Source of the DNA: an uncultured Bdellovibrio sp.
GTDB taxonomy: Bacteria; Bdellovibrionota; Bdellovibrionia; Bdellovibrionales; Bdellovibrionaceae
NCBI GenBank assembly: GCA_963932905.1
Contig: CAWVRN010000003.1
Location: forward strand, 220,386 to 284,385
DNA length: 64,000 nt
Direction: 5' to 3'
The translations under genes were made by a program, and so were the position numbers. Below, one piece after another: positions 15,898 to 24,785 of this stretch. The notes under the pieces were generated by a model. The model saw nothing but the letters and a program-made list of their open reading frames with translations, was not told where the DNA came from and searched no databases. How positions within the stretch are numbered: the stretch's first letter is position 1; every line of letters starts with the position of its first letter.

Positions 15898-18296
15898 TTT
15901 CTGCATTGGCCGACCATCTTCAAATATGGGGATTCGAAGAAGATGCTATTATCTACACGGACGGCTCGCTTGGTTTTGCTCTAGAAGCCACTCCGGTCGA
16001 CGTATCCACATGGAGTGACGAAAGACTAAATGATCTCTCTATCAATATCCAACAATTCCTAAATGGTCTTTCCCCAAACATCGATATCCAATTTGTTCAG
16101 GACATTCTGCCGGGAAACCAAAAGGTAATTGAACATCATCTTTTATTGGGAAGCGAATCCCACAATGAGGTGGCAAAATCACTGTGCAATGAGAGAGCAC
16201 AGCTACTTAGGAAAGATGATGAACTTGGTTTTTTACCGACTCATCAGCTTAAAGTAATTGTCCGAAAACCCCTTAGTAGTTCCCTTATTTCAACCCCGAA
16301 ACTATTTTCGAAAGAAAACAATTTTCAAGAAATTTCTGAAGCTAGACTTAAAAGCGAAATCGACAGCCTGCTTCGCTTAAGAGATAACATTGTCCAAGGA
16401 TTAACATTACTAGGCGTCACCTGCCGATCATTCACATCCGACGAAATTGCTTCGATACTTTATAAACAGTGGAATCCTTCCCGTCGAATACCATTTCAGT
16501 CCTATGACCCCGAAGAAGTACGGCAAACATTGCTGTATTCAGACGTTGCGATAAGTTTGGCGGGGTTCGCGATTGGTCAGACTCAATTTCGAGTGATTTC
16601 TCTGAAACAACTTCCAGAGCAAACGTACTCGTCGATGGCATCTCAGCTAAGAGAACTTCCCTTTAAATCGCGATTGTATACAACGATACATGTCCCTGAC
16701 CAAATGAAAGAAATCCAAAATTTGCAAACTCAGAGAAGAATCGCGTATTCCATGGCAGTTGGAAAACGCACCGGCGTATCCGACATTGAAAGTTCGGCAA
16801 AGTTCCAAGACCTAGAAACTTTGCTGGAACAAATGATTGCCCAGGGGCAAAAAGTATTTCACGTCTCAACTACAGTTCTTCTTCAAAGCGAAGACGAAAC
16901 GGATCTAGAAAACCAAGTGGATCTTACGCTTTCGAAATTCAGAGAAATGGGAGGAGCCGAAGGACTAACTGAATCACTAGCTAGTTTTGACATTTTTGCG
17001 CAGGTCGCGCTTCCGAACTCGCGCTGTAAAGAGCGGGTCAAAAAAATTAAAACCTCGAACCTTTGTGATTTACTTCCCATTTACGGTCCATGGCCGGGTC
17101 ACAAAAAACCGAGCATTATTTTAAAGTCCCGAATGGGCAACATATTGAGCTTTGATCCGTTTGATCCTTCTCTTTCAAACTTCAACTCACTAGTCAGCGG
17201 AGCCAGCGGAAGTGGAAAGTCAGCGATGACTAATCTCTTACTAATGCAAATGCTTAAAGAAAACGTAAAGGTATTCTTTTGCGACGTAGGCGGCTCGTAC
17301 AAAAAATTAACCGAAAATCTCTCAGGCCAATATGTTGAATTGGGGACAAACGATCATTTAGCAGTGAATCCCTTCGATTTGCTGCCTGGTGAATCGCTAC
17401 CTTCTCCTCAAAAAATCAAATTTCTATTGGGATTGGTCGAATTAATGACTAGAGAGGACGGCTCTGAGCGTATTCCCAAATTAGCTAGATCCGAAATTGA
17501 ATCTGCCATTCAGAAAGTTTATGATACACAAAAGAGCCCTACTTTATCACATCTTCGCACACTACTGCTCGAACACCCTGAGAAGGAAATCAAAAACTAC
17601 GGGAGAATTCTTTCTACTTGGTGTGGCGATACACCCTATGGCCGATTCATCGACAAGCCTACAAACGTTGAATTCCAGAAGGATATAGTCGCGTTTGATT
17701 TGAAGGGCTTAGAAAACTATCCTGATTTGCAGGGAGTATGCCTATACATTATTACCGACCTTGTTTGGCGAGAGGTTCAGAAAGATCGGTCCCGAAAAAA
17801 ATTTATCGTTTTTGACGAATGCTGGAGGCTTCTGCGCGACGATGCCGCAATTCTATTTATTGAAGAAGTTTTTCGGACTGTTAGAAAGTATTATTGTAGT
17901 GCCATCGCAATAAGCCAGGATTTATCGGATTTTCTAAACTCCAAAATTTCGTCAGCGCTACTGCCAAACTGCACTATAAAATGGATACTCACTCAAAACC
18001 AGAGCGACTTTTCAAAAATGAAAGAATCATTAGGATTAAATGATAACGAAATTTCATTGATCCAATCACTTCATCAAAAAAAGGGTGAGTATGCGGAAGC
18101 ATTTCTGGTCGCAGGCGCCGAAAGACGAACTGTCGCTGTTATTGAGCCAACACCGCTTGAACTTTGGATTGCGACGACCGATCCTCGTGATTTGGCTGAA
18201 ATCGAGCAATTTAAGAAAACAGAACCTCAACTAAGCCAACTTGAAATCTTAAAGCATCTAGCCAACAAATTTCCAAGGGGCGTCGCCGCTTCCTAG
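15894..18296 (+). CDS. virB4: VirB4/TraC family conjugative ATPase
   Basis: Walker A GASGSGKS, D.GGSY, NPFD, Walker B FDECW, RKY...ISQ; 800 aa. Confidence 0.92.
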   Translation: MISALADHLQIWGFEEDAIIYTDGSLGFALEATPVDVSTWSDERLNDLSINIQQFLNGLSPNIDIQFVQDILPGNQKVIEHHLLLGSESHNEVAKSLCNERAQLLRKDDELGFLPTHQLKVIVRKPLSSSLISTPKLFSKENNFQEISEARLKSEIDSLLRLRDNIVQGLTLLGVTCRSFTSDEIASILYKQWNPSRRIPFQSYDPEEVRQTLLYSDVAISLAGFAIGQTQFRVISLKQLPEQTYSSMASQLRELPFKSRLYTTIHVPDQMKEIQNLQTQRRIAYSMAVGKRTGVSDIESSAKFQDLETLLEQMIAQGQKVFHVSTTVLLQSEDETDLENQVDLTLSKFREMGGAEGLTESLASFDIFAQVALPNSRCKERVKKIKTSNLCDLLPIYGPWPGHKKPSIILKSRMGNILSFDPFDPSLSNFNSLVSGASGSGKSAMTNLLLMQMLKENVKVFFCDVGGSYKKLTENLSGQYVELGTNDHLAVNPFDLLPGESLPSPQKIKFLLGLVELMTREDGSERIPKLARSEIESAIQKVYDTQKSPTLSHLRTLLLEHPEKEIKNYGRILSTWCGDTPYGRFIDKPTNVEFQKDIVAFDLKGLENYPDLQGVCLYIITDLVWREVQKDRSRKKFIVFDECWRLLRDDAAILFIEEVFRTVRKYYCSAIAISQDLSDFLNSKISSALLPNCTIKWILTQNQSDFSKMKESLGLNDNEISLIQSLHQKKGEYAEAFLVAGAERRTVAVIEPTPLELWIATTDPRDLAEIEQFKKTEPQLSQLEILKHLANKFPRGVAAS

Positions 18297-18306
18297 AGGT
18301 GTAAAG

Positions 18307-18993
18307 ATGAAAAAAATCATAATTCCAATTTTTGTTATAGCGCTGTGTGGCTCGAAACCGGCCAAAGCTAGCATGTTCGGAGAGGAAAACGCTGTATTAG
18401 CCCAAATCCTAGCAAATGCAGTCCAACAGTTAACTCAGCTCAGAAATATTCTTCAGACCGAGCGAGACAACGTAAACCTTATCCGTGATCTTAATCGAGG
18501 TATCAACGACTCGCTATATTTGATGAAAACAATTAGTCCGAATTCGAATCCAGGAATATATAAGGATTGGGAGAAAGTATCAGACGCCATTTACAAACTA
18601 GAGTCTATTTACGGAGTTGCAGTTGAATCTCGAGATCGAAAAGTACAAAACGATACTGATCAAAGTATTGCCGAAGCTGTTTCGATGAATAATACCATTT
18701 ATAAGTATACAAAAGAAATAGATGAAATCGGCGAACGGATCAAAAATTACAGCCATTCAGTTTCTCCCGGTGGGGCAGCTAAACTGACCGCCCAGTCAAT
18801 GGGTGTAATGATCAATCTCCAAAACGAAATGTTAAGGACTCAAGCTTCAGGCCTAAAGCTACAAGCTCAATCGCTTGCAATCCAGAATCGTAAAGACAAA
18901 GAGAGAACTCGGCAAATGCTAGCTAGCGCTGAAGGACTAAATACAGCCCTTCAATCCGCTAAGCCTCAATTTAAACTTCCCAAATTTGAATAG
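18307..18993 (+). CDS. VirB5/TrbJ-like secreted helical T4SS protein
   Basis: Signal peptide, Gln-rich coiled coils, position between VirB4 and VirB6. Confidence 0.6.
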   Translation: MKKIIIPIFVIALCGSKPAKASMFGEENAVLAQILANAVQQLTQLRNILQTERDNVNLIRDLNRGINDSLYLMKTISPNSNPGIYKDWEKVSDAIYKLESIYGVAVESRDRKVQNDTDQSIAEAVSMNNTIYKYTKEIDEIGERIKNYSHSVSPGGAAKLTAQSMGVMINLQNEMLRTQASGLKLQAQSLAIQNRKDKERTRQMLASAEGLNTALQSAKPQFKLPKFE

Positions 18994-19001
18994 AGAATTT
19001 T

Positions 19002-19961
19002 ATGGACATTAGTTGGATATCATCTCAGGCAAAAGAAATTCACGATTTTTTCGTTCAGATATTCTATTCACTAGCAGTATTGCTCATCTTGGTTGGAGTA
19101 ATTCTAGATTATTTCAAATTACCTATTGGAGGAGTGCCTTCTTTTGCAGTTTTAGTTGGCCGAGCACTAGTGGCGTCGATTTTACTTATCGCCTATCCTC
19201 AGATTTCCAATTGGGTTTCCACAATCGCCGACGCGGTTGCCGATCATCTTGGAAGTGCAAATCATTACTCAAAAGTCCTCGATGCTGCTGGGGAAACATT
19301 AATGAATCACTCCTGGTCTTGGACATCTATTGGTGACACAGTACTATCAGTCGCGGCAATGGCCTCTTACGGGATCTTGTTCCTTTCAGTGTATTTTTTC
19401 GACGCCGCTATAATTTACTGCCTCGTTCTTTTATACATTTTCTCTCCGTTACTAATTGCTTTCTACATTTTGCCGCAAACAGCCAGTATGACCACAGGAG
19501 CTTTTCGAACGCTATTTGAAATCGCTGCCTGGAAAATTGTCTTTGCCGTAATGGGCACACTCCTTTGGAGTACAGCGCTGAATAGTTTTGAGCAAAAAGG
19601 CCAAAACTTTATCACTCTCCTCGCACTAACCTTAATGTTAGCTTTCTCAATTCTCCTCACTCCTATAGTTGTAAAAAACTTAATATCAGGAGCGATTTCA
19701 AATATTGCAACTCAAACGGCCGGGCTCGCGGCAATGGGAATAACGGCTGGATATGCGTCTCCCGCAGTTTTGGCTGGGCTTGCAAAAAAAGGCTCTGGGA
19801 ATGCGTACAAATTTGGTTACAGACTGACTAAAGAAAAATTTAATCAATTTCGATCATCCTCAGATGAAAATAAGAAAAAACCAAAAGAGTATTCCAGAAC
19901 GATTAAGGCGAAGAAAACTTCCGCCGCTACTTCTAAACCTAAACCTGCGGAGTCAAAATGA
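19002..19961 (+). CDS. VirB6/TrbL-like polytopic membrane protein
   Basis: Five to six TM with the SPLLIAFYILP segment and a Gly/Ala-rich tail. Confidence 0.75.
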   Translation: MDISWISSQAKEIHDFFVQIFYSLAVLLILVGVILDYFKLPIGGVPSFAVLVGRALVASILLIAYPQISNWVSTIADAVADHLGSANHYSKVLDAAGETLMNHSWSWTSIGDTVLSVAAMASYGILFLSVYFFDAAIIYCLVLLYIFSPLLIAFYILPQTASMTTGAFRTLFEIAAWKIVFAVMGTLLWSTALNSFEQKGQNFITLLALTLMLAFSILLTPIVVKNLISGAISNIATQTAGLAAMGITAGYASPAVLAGLAKKGSGNAYKFGYRLTKEKFNQFRSSSDENKKKPKEYSRTIKAKKTSAATSKPKPAESK

Positions 19962-20503
19962 AGTTTACTACAGCATGGGCAAATATCGCATCACAAAACA
20001 TCTCACTTAAACTTGCGACCGTCACCCTTGCGGTAACAAGTATTGTACAACTTATTGCTATAATTAATTTCACATCTAAGGATCTGCCGGTTATCGAAAG
20101 AGGATGTTTCTCCAGAGCAATTATCGCGAAACCCCTTGAAAACGGCAAAAACGAAATTGAATCGTTTTTAGCTGAAGCCCTACCTATGCGCTTTGATACC
20201 CACTCCTACATCCGTGACGGTTTCCTTTCGCTGGAACAGCTCACCATTCGAGAAAAAGAGCTGTCCTCCTTAAAACAGAAAGAGATCTCCCAAAAATTAA
20301 TTATTAGTGAAATCAAGAGTGACACCAAAGAAATCACGGTCAGGGCAGATAGATTAATGTCAGTGGGAAAGATTAAATCGGTATTGCCAATTCAGCTTAC
20401 CATCGCTCTACAAAAAACTAACAGGACAGAGTCCAATCCATACGGTCTAGTTCTAAGCTCGGTTACGCAGGTAGAAATCAACGACAAAGATAACAGTCGA
20501 TAA
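19958..20503 (+). CDS. VirB8/TraE/TraK-like bitopic T4SS protein
   Basis: Single N-terminal TM; C-terminal RT..NPYGL motif characteristic of VirB8 folds. Confidence 0.75.
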   Translation: MKFTTAWANIASQNISLKLATVTLAVTSIVQLIAIINFTSKDLPVIERGCFSRAIIAKPLENGKNEIESFLAEALPMRFDTHSYIRDGFLSLEQLTIREKELSSLKQKEISQKLIISEIKSDTKEITVRADRLMSVGKIKSVLPIQLTIALQKTNRTESNPYGLVLSSVTQVEINDKDNSR

Positions 20504-20544
20504 CAAATCATAAGAGACACAAATTTCAAAAGCTTGGACAAAAA

Positions 20545-20913
20545 ATGAAATACTTGTGTTTCTTTGCAATGCCTCTGTTTTCTATGAATTTGTATGCAGA
20601 AAGCGTTAAAACCATAAAACTCTGCGAGAAAAGCGTCGCAAACATTTCCATTTCTTCAAAAGGTACGGTGCTGGATTTCCCGTCCGAGCCGGAAAAGATT
20701 GTCTTGGGTACAAAGAACTCCTTTTCCATCGAATATATCAGGAATGACCTTGCGATTTCTCCAAGTGCTATCGGATCGGCTTCCAATCTGTTTGTATACC
20801 TGCAAGGTAGACGATTTGTACTAAACCTCTCGACTTCTCAGGGTGGTACAACTTTATACTTCATTAAAGACTGTGACGATGACAGAAGAGTGGTAAAAAA
20901 AAATGGAAAATAA
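20545..20913 (+). CDS. Short VirB9/TrbG-like protein
   Basis: Signal peptide; GTVLDFP.EPEKIVLG...SNLFVY...RFVLNL pattern. Confidence 0.65.
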   Translation: MKYLCFFAMPLFSMNLYAESVKTIKLCEKSVANISISSKGTVLDFPSEPEKIVLGTKNSFSIEYIRNDLAISPSAIGSASNLFVYLQGRRFVLNLSTSQGGTTLYFIKDCDDDRRVVKKNGK

Positions 20914-21784
20914 TAATGTTGAGTTGGTTGCAGAACCAAAAATCGAATCAAGATTCGGATTCGGGCAAAAAACGAGCTATGCTAAAAGCAGAACGGCGAA
21001 AATCGGCGCCGCAGTTAGCTTGGTTTCAATAATTTCCGTTTTCTTATTTGATAGTCCCACACCCGTAGCTATCAAAGAAGAAGGAATCCTAATACCCGAC
21101 TCTAGTCAAATTACATCTAGCTATAATACTCTTGATATAGAAACCTACTCCCCCGTAAAGGAGTCGATCAATCAAGACAAAAATAAAAAAATTGCAAGTA
21201 CGACCAAAGCGAGAAATTTCCCCGGCTTGCAAAGAATTGAACGCAAAAGGATTGGCAGTGTCCCGCCTGGTACAATAATTAGAGCGAGGCTAATTACTGG
21301 TGCATCAAATGGTTTAGTTCGAGCTGAAACTCTCGAAGCCATAAGAATTCTAGGAGAAACCTATCTTCCTTCAAATACCACATTGCTTGGAGTCGGCCAG
21401 TCTGGCGAAGAACGATTGACAGTGAAATTCACTAAAGCCGTTTTTAGGGATGGAAACGTTCAGTCAATCGAGGCACAGGCCGCTGACATGGAAGATCAAA
21501 CTGTCGGACTCACTGGTTCAAAAGTCGGAAAGTACGCGACAAAATATGCTTCGGCTGTCGGATTAAATTTTGTTGGCGGAATGGCTGAAGGCCTTCAAGA
21601 CCGAGAAATCGTTGGACAACAAGTCCTTACAAAACCAAATGCGAAAAATGCCTTGCTCAATGGAGCAAGCAAAGCGGCACTTGAAATGGCAAACGAAACT
21701 ATGTCGGATTTGAAAAATTCAAATCCCGCAATTCAAGTTCCCGCCGGGCAAGAAATTTTAGTGCTGTTTGAAGACAAAAACTAA
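20903..21784 (+). CDS. VirB10/TrbI/TraM-like core-complex protein
   Basis: N-terminal TM; VPPGTIIRARLITG, LPSNTTLLG, GLTG, IQVPAGQEILVLF. Confidence 0.8.
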   Translation: MENNNVELVAEPKIESRFGFGQKTSYAKSRTAKIGAAVSLVSIISVFLFDSPTPVAIKEEGILIPDSSQITSSYNTLDIETYSPVKESINQDKNKKIASTTKARNFPGLQRIERKRIGSVPPGTIIRARLITGASNGLVRAETLEAIRILGETYLPSNTTLLGVGQSGEERLTVKFTKAVFRDGNVQSIEAQAADMEDQTVGLTGSKVGKYATKYASAVGLNFVGGMAEGLQDREIVGQQVLTKPNAKNALLNGASKAALEMANETMSDLKNSNPAIQVPAGQEILVLFEDKN

Positions 21785-21839
21785 ACTCTCATTAAAAAAA
21801 GATTCTTAATAAGTCACTACCTTAAAAAAAGCGGTAAAT

Positions 21840-23309
21840 ATGCAAAATTCAAATGGATTCGATAAGGCGCCAATAATTATTGAAACCATATTTAAATTTA
21901 TTTCGACTCCTTCAAAAGAGATGTTCTACGGAATTAAATCTAGAACAATTCCATGGACCTTTTGCTCAGCTTGGGCCGGAATATTTGGTCTCATACTTTT
22001 TTTTAAAATTGATCACTACTTTTTTCAATATATGCCATTTAGAAAACTGTACCCCTATCATCCAATTCTCTATAAAATATATTGTTTTTCACTGGTGACA
22101 TTCTCATTTTGGCTCTGGTCTTTAAATCAAGCTCGGCTGAAAAAACAAAAACTTTCTACGCTGACGGCCGCATTCAAAAGCGCAGGACTAGTTTCAAAAA
22201 TCGGACGTCTGCCAAACTTAGTTTCAGATTACCCCATCGATGGAACAACCAGAAAGATGCGCCTAACAAACGCAGGATTTCCCGTCGCAAGTTTTAAAGA
22301 TCAGTCTCGGTTTGTCGAAAGCGAACTGGGAATTTTTATCGATGAAGTAAGAGAAGATCGCGAAACTCGAACTGTAGATTACATCTATTCGCATTTTCCT
22401 ATCCCTTCGGAAATTATCTACACTCCCGATTTGGCGTCAAAGACTTACGAATTTCCAGTTGGTCAAACACGTGCAAATACCATTACTGCCAATTTGAAAT
22501 CCTGTCCTCATCTTTTGGTTGCGGGACAAACTGGAGGAGGAAAATCGACTTTCTTAAGACAGGTAATTGTTCATTTAGCTATTCAAAATAAAAACACTCA
22601 TTTTCTGCTGATTGATTTGAAAGGCGGCCTGGAATTCTCGCTCTTTGAAAATCGAAAACAGTTTGAGGTTGTTCCCAGTGTTAAGGTGGCGATCGCGCAC
22701 CTACACAAGATCGAAGCCAAAATTAATCAGAGACTTGAATTCTTAAAAGTTCAGGACTGTAAAGATGTCGATGCTTACTATTCTAAAGCTAACAAACCCA
22801 AAGAATCTATCGACCTCAATAGATTCGTGGTTGTGATTGACGAAGCAGCAGAAATGTTTTTGGCTGGGCACCACGCAAAGGCAAATGAAATTCAGCAAGC
22901 TCGAGCCGTTTTGAGTAAAATTGCACGACAAGGTCGAGCCCTGGGAATTCACCTAATCGTTGCGACCCAAAGACCCGATGTCAAATCCCTTGACCCTCAG
23001 GTGAAAGCAAATCTCGTTGGCGTAATATGTTTTCAGATGATGAACGACGCTTCCAGTATTGCGGTGCTAGGAAATGGTAGAGCTACCGACCTTCCTAAAG
23101 TACCGGGCCGCGCAATTTGGAAAAACGGCGCGGACATGATTGAAGTACAAACGCCGTATCTGGCACCCGAGCTTTTAGATAGCTTAATTGGAAAACCTGA
23201 CAACACTTCGAAATCAAAAGAGGCAGCTAACGAGGTTTCAAAATACTCAAATGAAGAGGTAACTGCCGAAATCGAACCGCTACACGATAGCTCAAACCCG
23301 AAGGGATAG
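21840..23309 (+). CDS. FtsK/SpoIIIE-family ATPase (TcpA-like coupling protein)
   Basis: Two N-terminal TM; PHLLVAGQTGGGKS, IDLKGG.E, VVIDEAA, GRALGIHLIVATQRP, GRAI. Confidence 0.9.
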   Translation: MQNSNGFDKAPIIIETIFKFISTPSKEMFYGIKSRTIPWTFCSAWAGIFGLILFFKIDHYFFQYMPFRKLYPYHPILYKIYCFSLVTFSFWLWSLNQARLKKQKLSTLTAAFKSAGLVSKIGRLPNLVSDYPIDGTTRKMRLTNAGFPVASFKDQSRFVESELGIFIDEVREDRETRTVDYIYSHFPIPSEIIYTPDLASKTYEFPVGQTRANTITANLKSCPHLLVAGQTGGGKSTFLRQVIVHLAIQNKNTHFLLIDLKGGLEFSLFENRKQFEVVPSVKVAIAHLHKIEAKINQRLEFLKVQDCKDVDAYYSKANKPKESIDLNRFVVVIDEAAEMFLAGHHAKANEIQQARAVLSKIARQGRALGIHLIVATQRPDVKSLDPQVKANLVGVICFQMMNDASSIAVLGNGRATDLPKVPGRAIWKNGADMIEVQTPYLAPELLDSLIGKPDNTSKSKEAANEVSKYSNEEVTAEIEPLHDSSNPKG

Positions 23310-23311
23310 GC

Positions 23312-24181
23312 ATGAAAGAAAACATACTTATAACCGAACGAGATTTTTTGATTCTGAAATATTTATGGAAATGGAAACTACTTTCCACCAAAGCAATTTC
23401 TATTAAATTTTTTCCGAATTCAAATGATGATACTGCTTACAAGCGAATGATGCTTTTAACGAAAGCTGGTTACCTGAAGCCCCGTTATGTGAATGACGAA
23501 AGTCCTCGGGGACAAATTCGTCAACAAGTATGGGGCTTGAATCGCAAAGGATTTCATCGTATTCTTCAATATCTAGGCGAATTAAAAATCAAGGGATACT
23601 TCTCTTCTAATTCCACTCATGATTACTTGGCAACATCTCTTCATCTTGGCGAATGGCTACTAAGACAGCCGCCAGATAGTCAAACATGGAGCGAGCAAGA
23701 GTTAAATTCGATTCCAACAGAACTGTGGCCGAACTGGGTTCCCAAATCAGACCTTCACCGCCCCGACGGTTTTACTGCATTCAACTATAAGAATCGTCGA
23801 CACGTACTTGCTTTTGAAGTCGAACTACATGTCAAATCTTCAGCGAGGTACGAGGCAATTGCCGCCTATTACGATAGCTGTGAGGAAATCAATCACGTTA
23901 TCTGGCTGGTGAAATCAATTGGAAATTACAAGTCCATCAAAAAACATCTTAACAAGCACGGACTTAGAAATACGGATAAGCACCGATTTCTCAGTCTTAA
24001 AGAGTTTGAAAAACACGGTTGGAATTCTAATTTCATAGATTGTGCAAACGTCACTTTGAAACTTCAAGACCTAATAATAACTCTACCTCCGACAACGCCC
24101 CGACAAAGCCCTCCCGGCCTTCTGACTCTAGACATGTTAAACGCCCGGAAAAGACCAAAAATTACAAGAACTTGCAAATAA
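23312..24181 (+). CDS. Replication-relaxation (Replic_Relax-like) protein: wHTH plus PD-(D/E)XK domain; candidate relaxase
   Basis: ITERD..IL..L N-terminus, H(D)Y motif, RPDG...AFEVEL..KS..RY; directly after the FtsK ATPase. Confidence 0.7.
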   Translation: MKENILITERDFLILKYLWKWKLLSTKAISIKFFPNSNDDTAYKRMMLLTKAGYLKPRYVNDESPRGQIRQQVWGLNRKGFHRILQYLGELKIKGYFSSNSTHDYLATSLHLGEWLLRQPPDSQTWSEQELNSIPTELWPNWVPKSDLHRPDGFTAFNYKNRRHVLAFEVELHVKSSARYEAIAAYYDSCEEINHVIWLVKSIGNYKSIKKHLNKHGLRNTDKHRFLSLKEFEKHGWNSNFIDCANVTLKLQDLIITLPPTTPRQSPPGLLTLDMLNARKRPKITRTCK

Positions 24182-24343
24182 TCAAAATTTCCAAATTGTC
24201 CTGCCCTATATAACTCATCCTTTCGTCTTCGTACTCAATCAAATCAATCCTCATCAAATCTCTCGATACTATTTCCAAAATCACTTCACCCTAATCAAAA
24301 AAGAAGAATTGGAGACACTAAACTAAAAAAGAAAGGAATTTGA

Positions 24344-24742
24344 ATGTTAGAAAAAAAAGAAATTGCGGCTCTCATGATACTACCTCTGATACTGAACGCA
24401 TGCTCAACAGCTCCTAAATCAATGTTAACCGGGGCAATTGCCGGAGGCGTCGTCGGAGCTGGGGTTGGTCAGGCTCACTCTCAAAATTCCGGAGGAACCG
24501 CAGTCGGAGCAGTTGTCGGTATGGGCCTGGGTTCACTGATTGGATACCTCTCACACAAAGATAAAATAAAAACCCAAGAGCCTAAAGTTCTTGGTGATAA
24601 ACCAATTGAAGAGTGGTCCCCCTCGATAACAAAACCAAAGATCCGATCTTACATGGTTCCAGACACAATTGATGGGAACAAGTACATTAAAGGCCATCGA
24701 GTGTTCGTTCTCGAAAGCCCTGGCGAATGGTCTAAGGACTAA
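24344..24742 (+). CDS. Glycine-zipper lipoprotein with TraV-like C-terminus
   Basis: Lipobox LNAC, GxxxG zipper, P.IR..VPD..DG...GH.V.V...PG.W tail. Confidence 0.65.
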   Translation: MLEKKEIAALMILPLILNACSTAPKSMLTGAIAGGVVGAGVGQAHSQNSGGTAVGAVVGMGLGSLIGYLSHKDKIKTQEPKVLGDKPIEEWSPSITKPKIRSYMVPDTIDGNKYIKGHRVFVLESPGEWSKD

Positions 24743-24785
24743 AATTTCAAATCAAGAGCCACCGAAATTACATCAAGGATAACTT

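Noticed and set aside
21840..24181. FtsK plus PD-(D/E)XK pair as an anti-phage nuclease-ATPase defence system
   Set aside because: The ATPase has N-terminal TMs and sits in line within the T4SS operon, which fits a coupling protein plus relaxase better; not fully excluded.
24182..24343. Intergenic gap after the relaxase-like gene as oriT
   Set aside because: No convincing inverted repeat or known nic motif visible.
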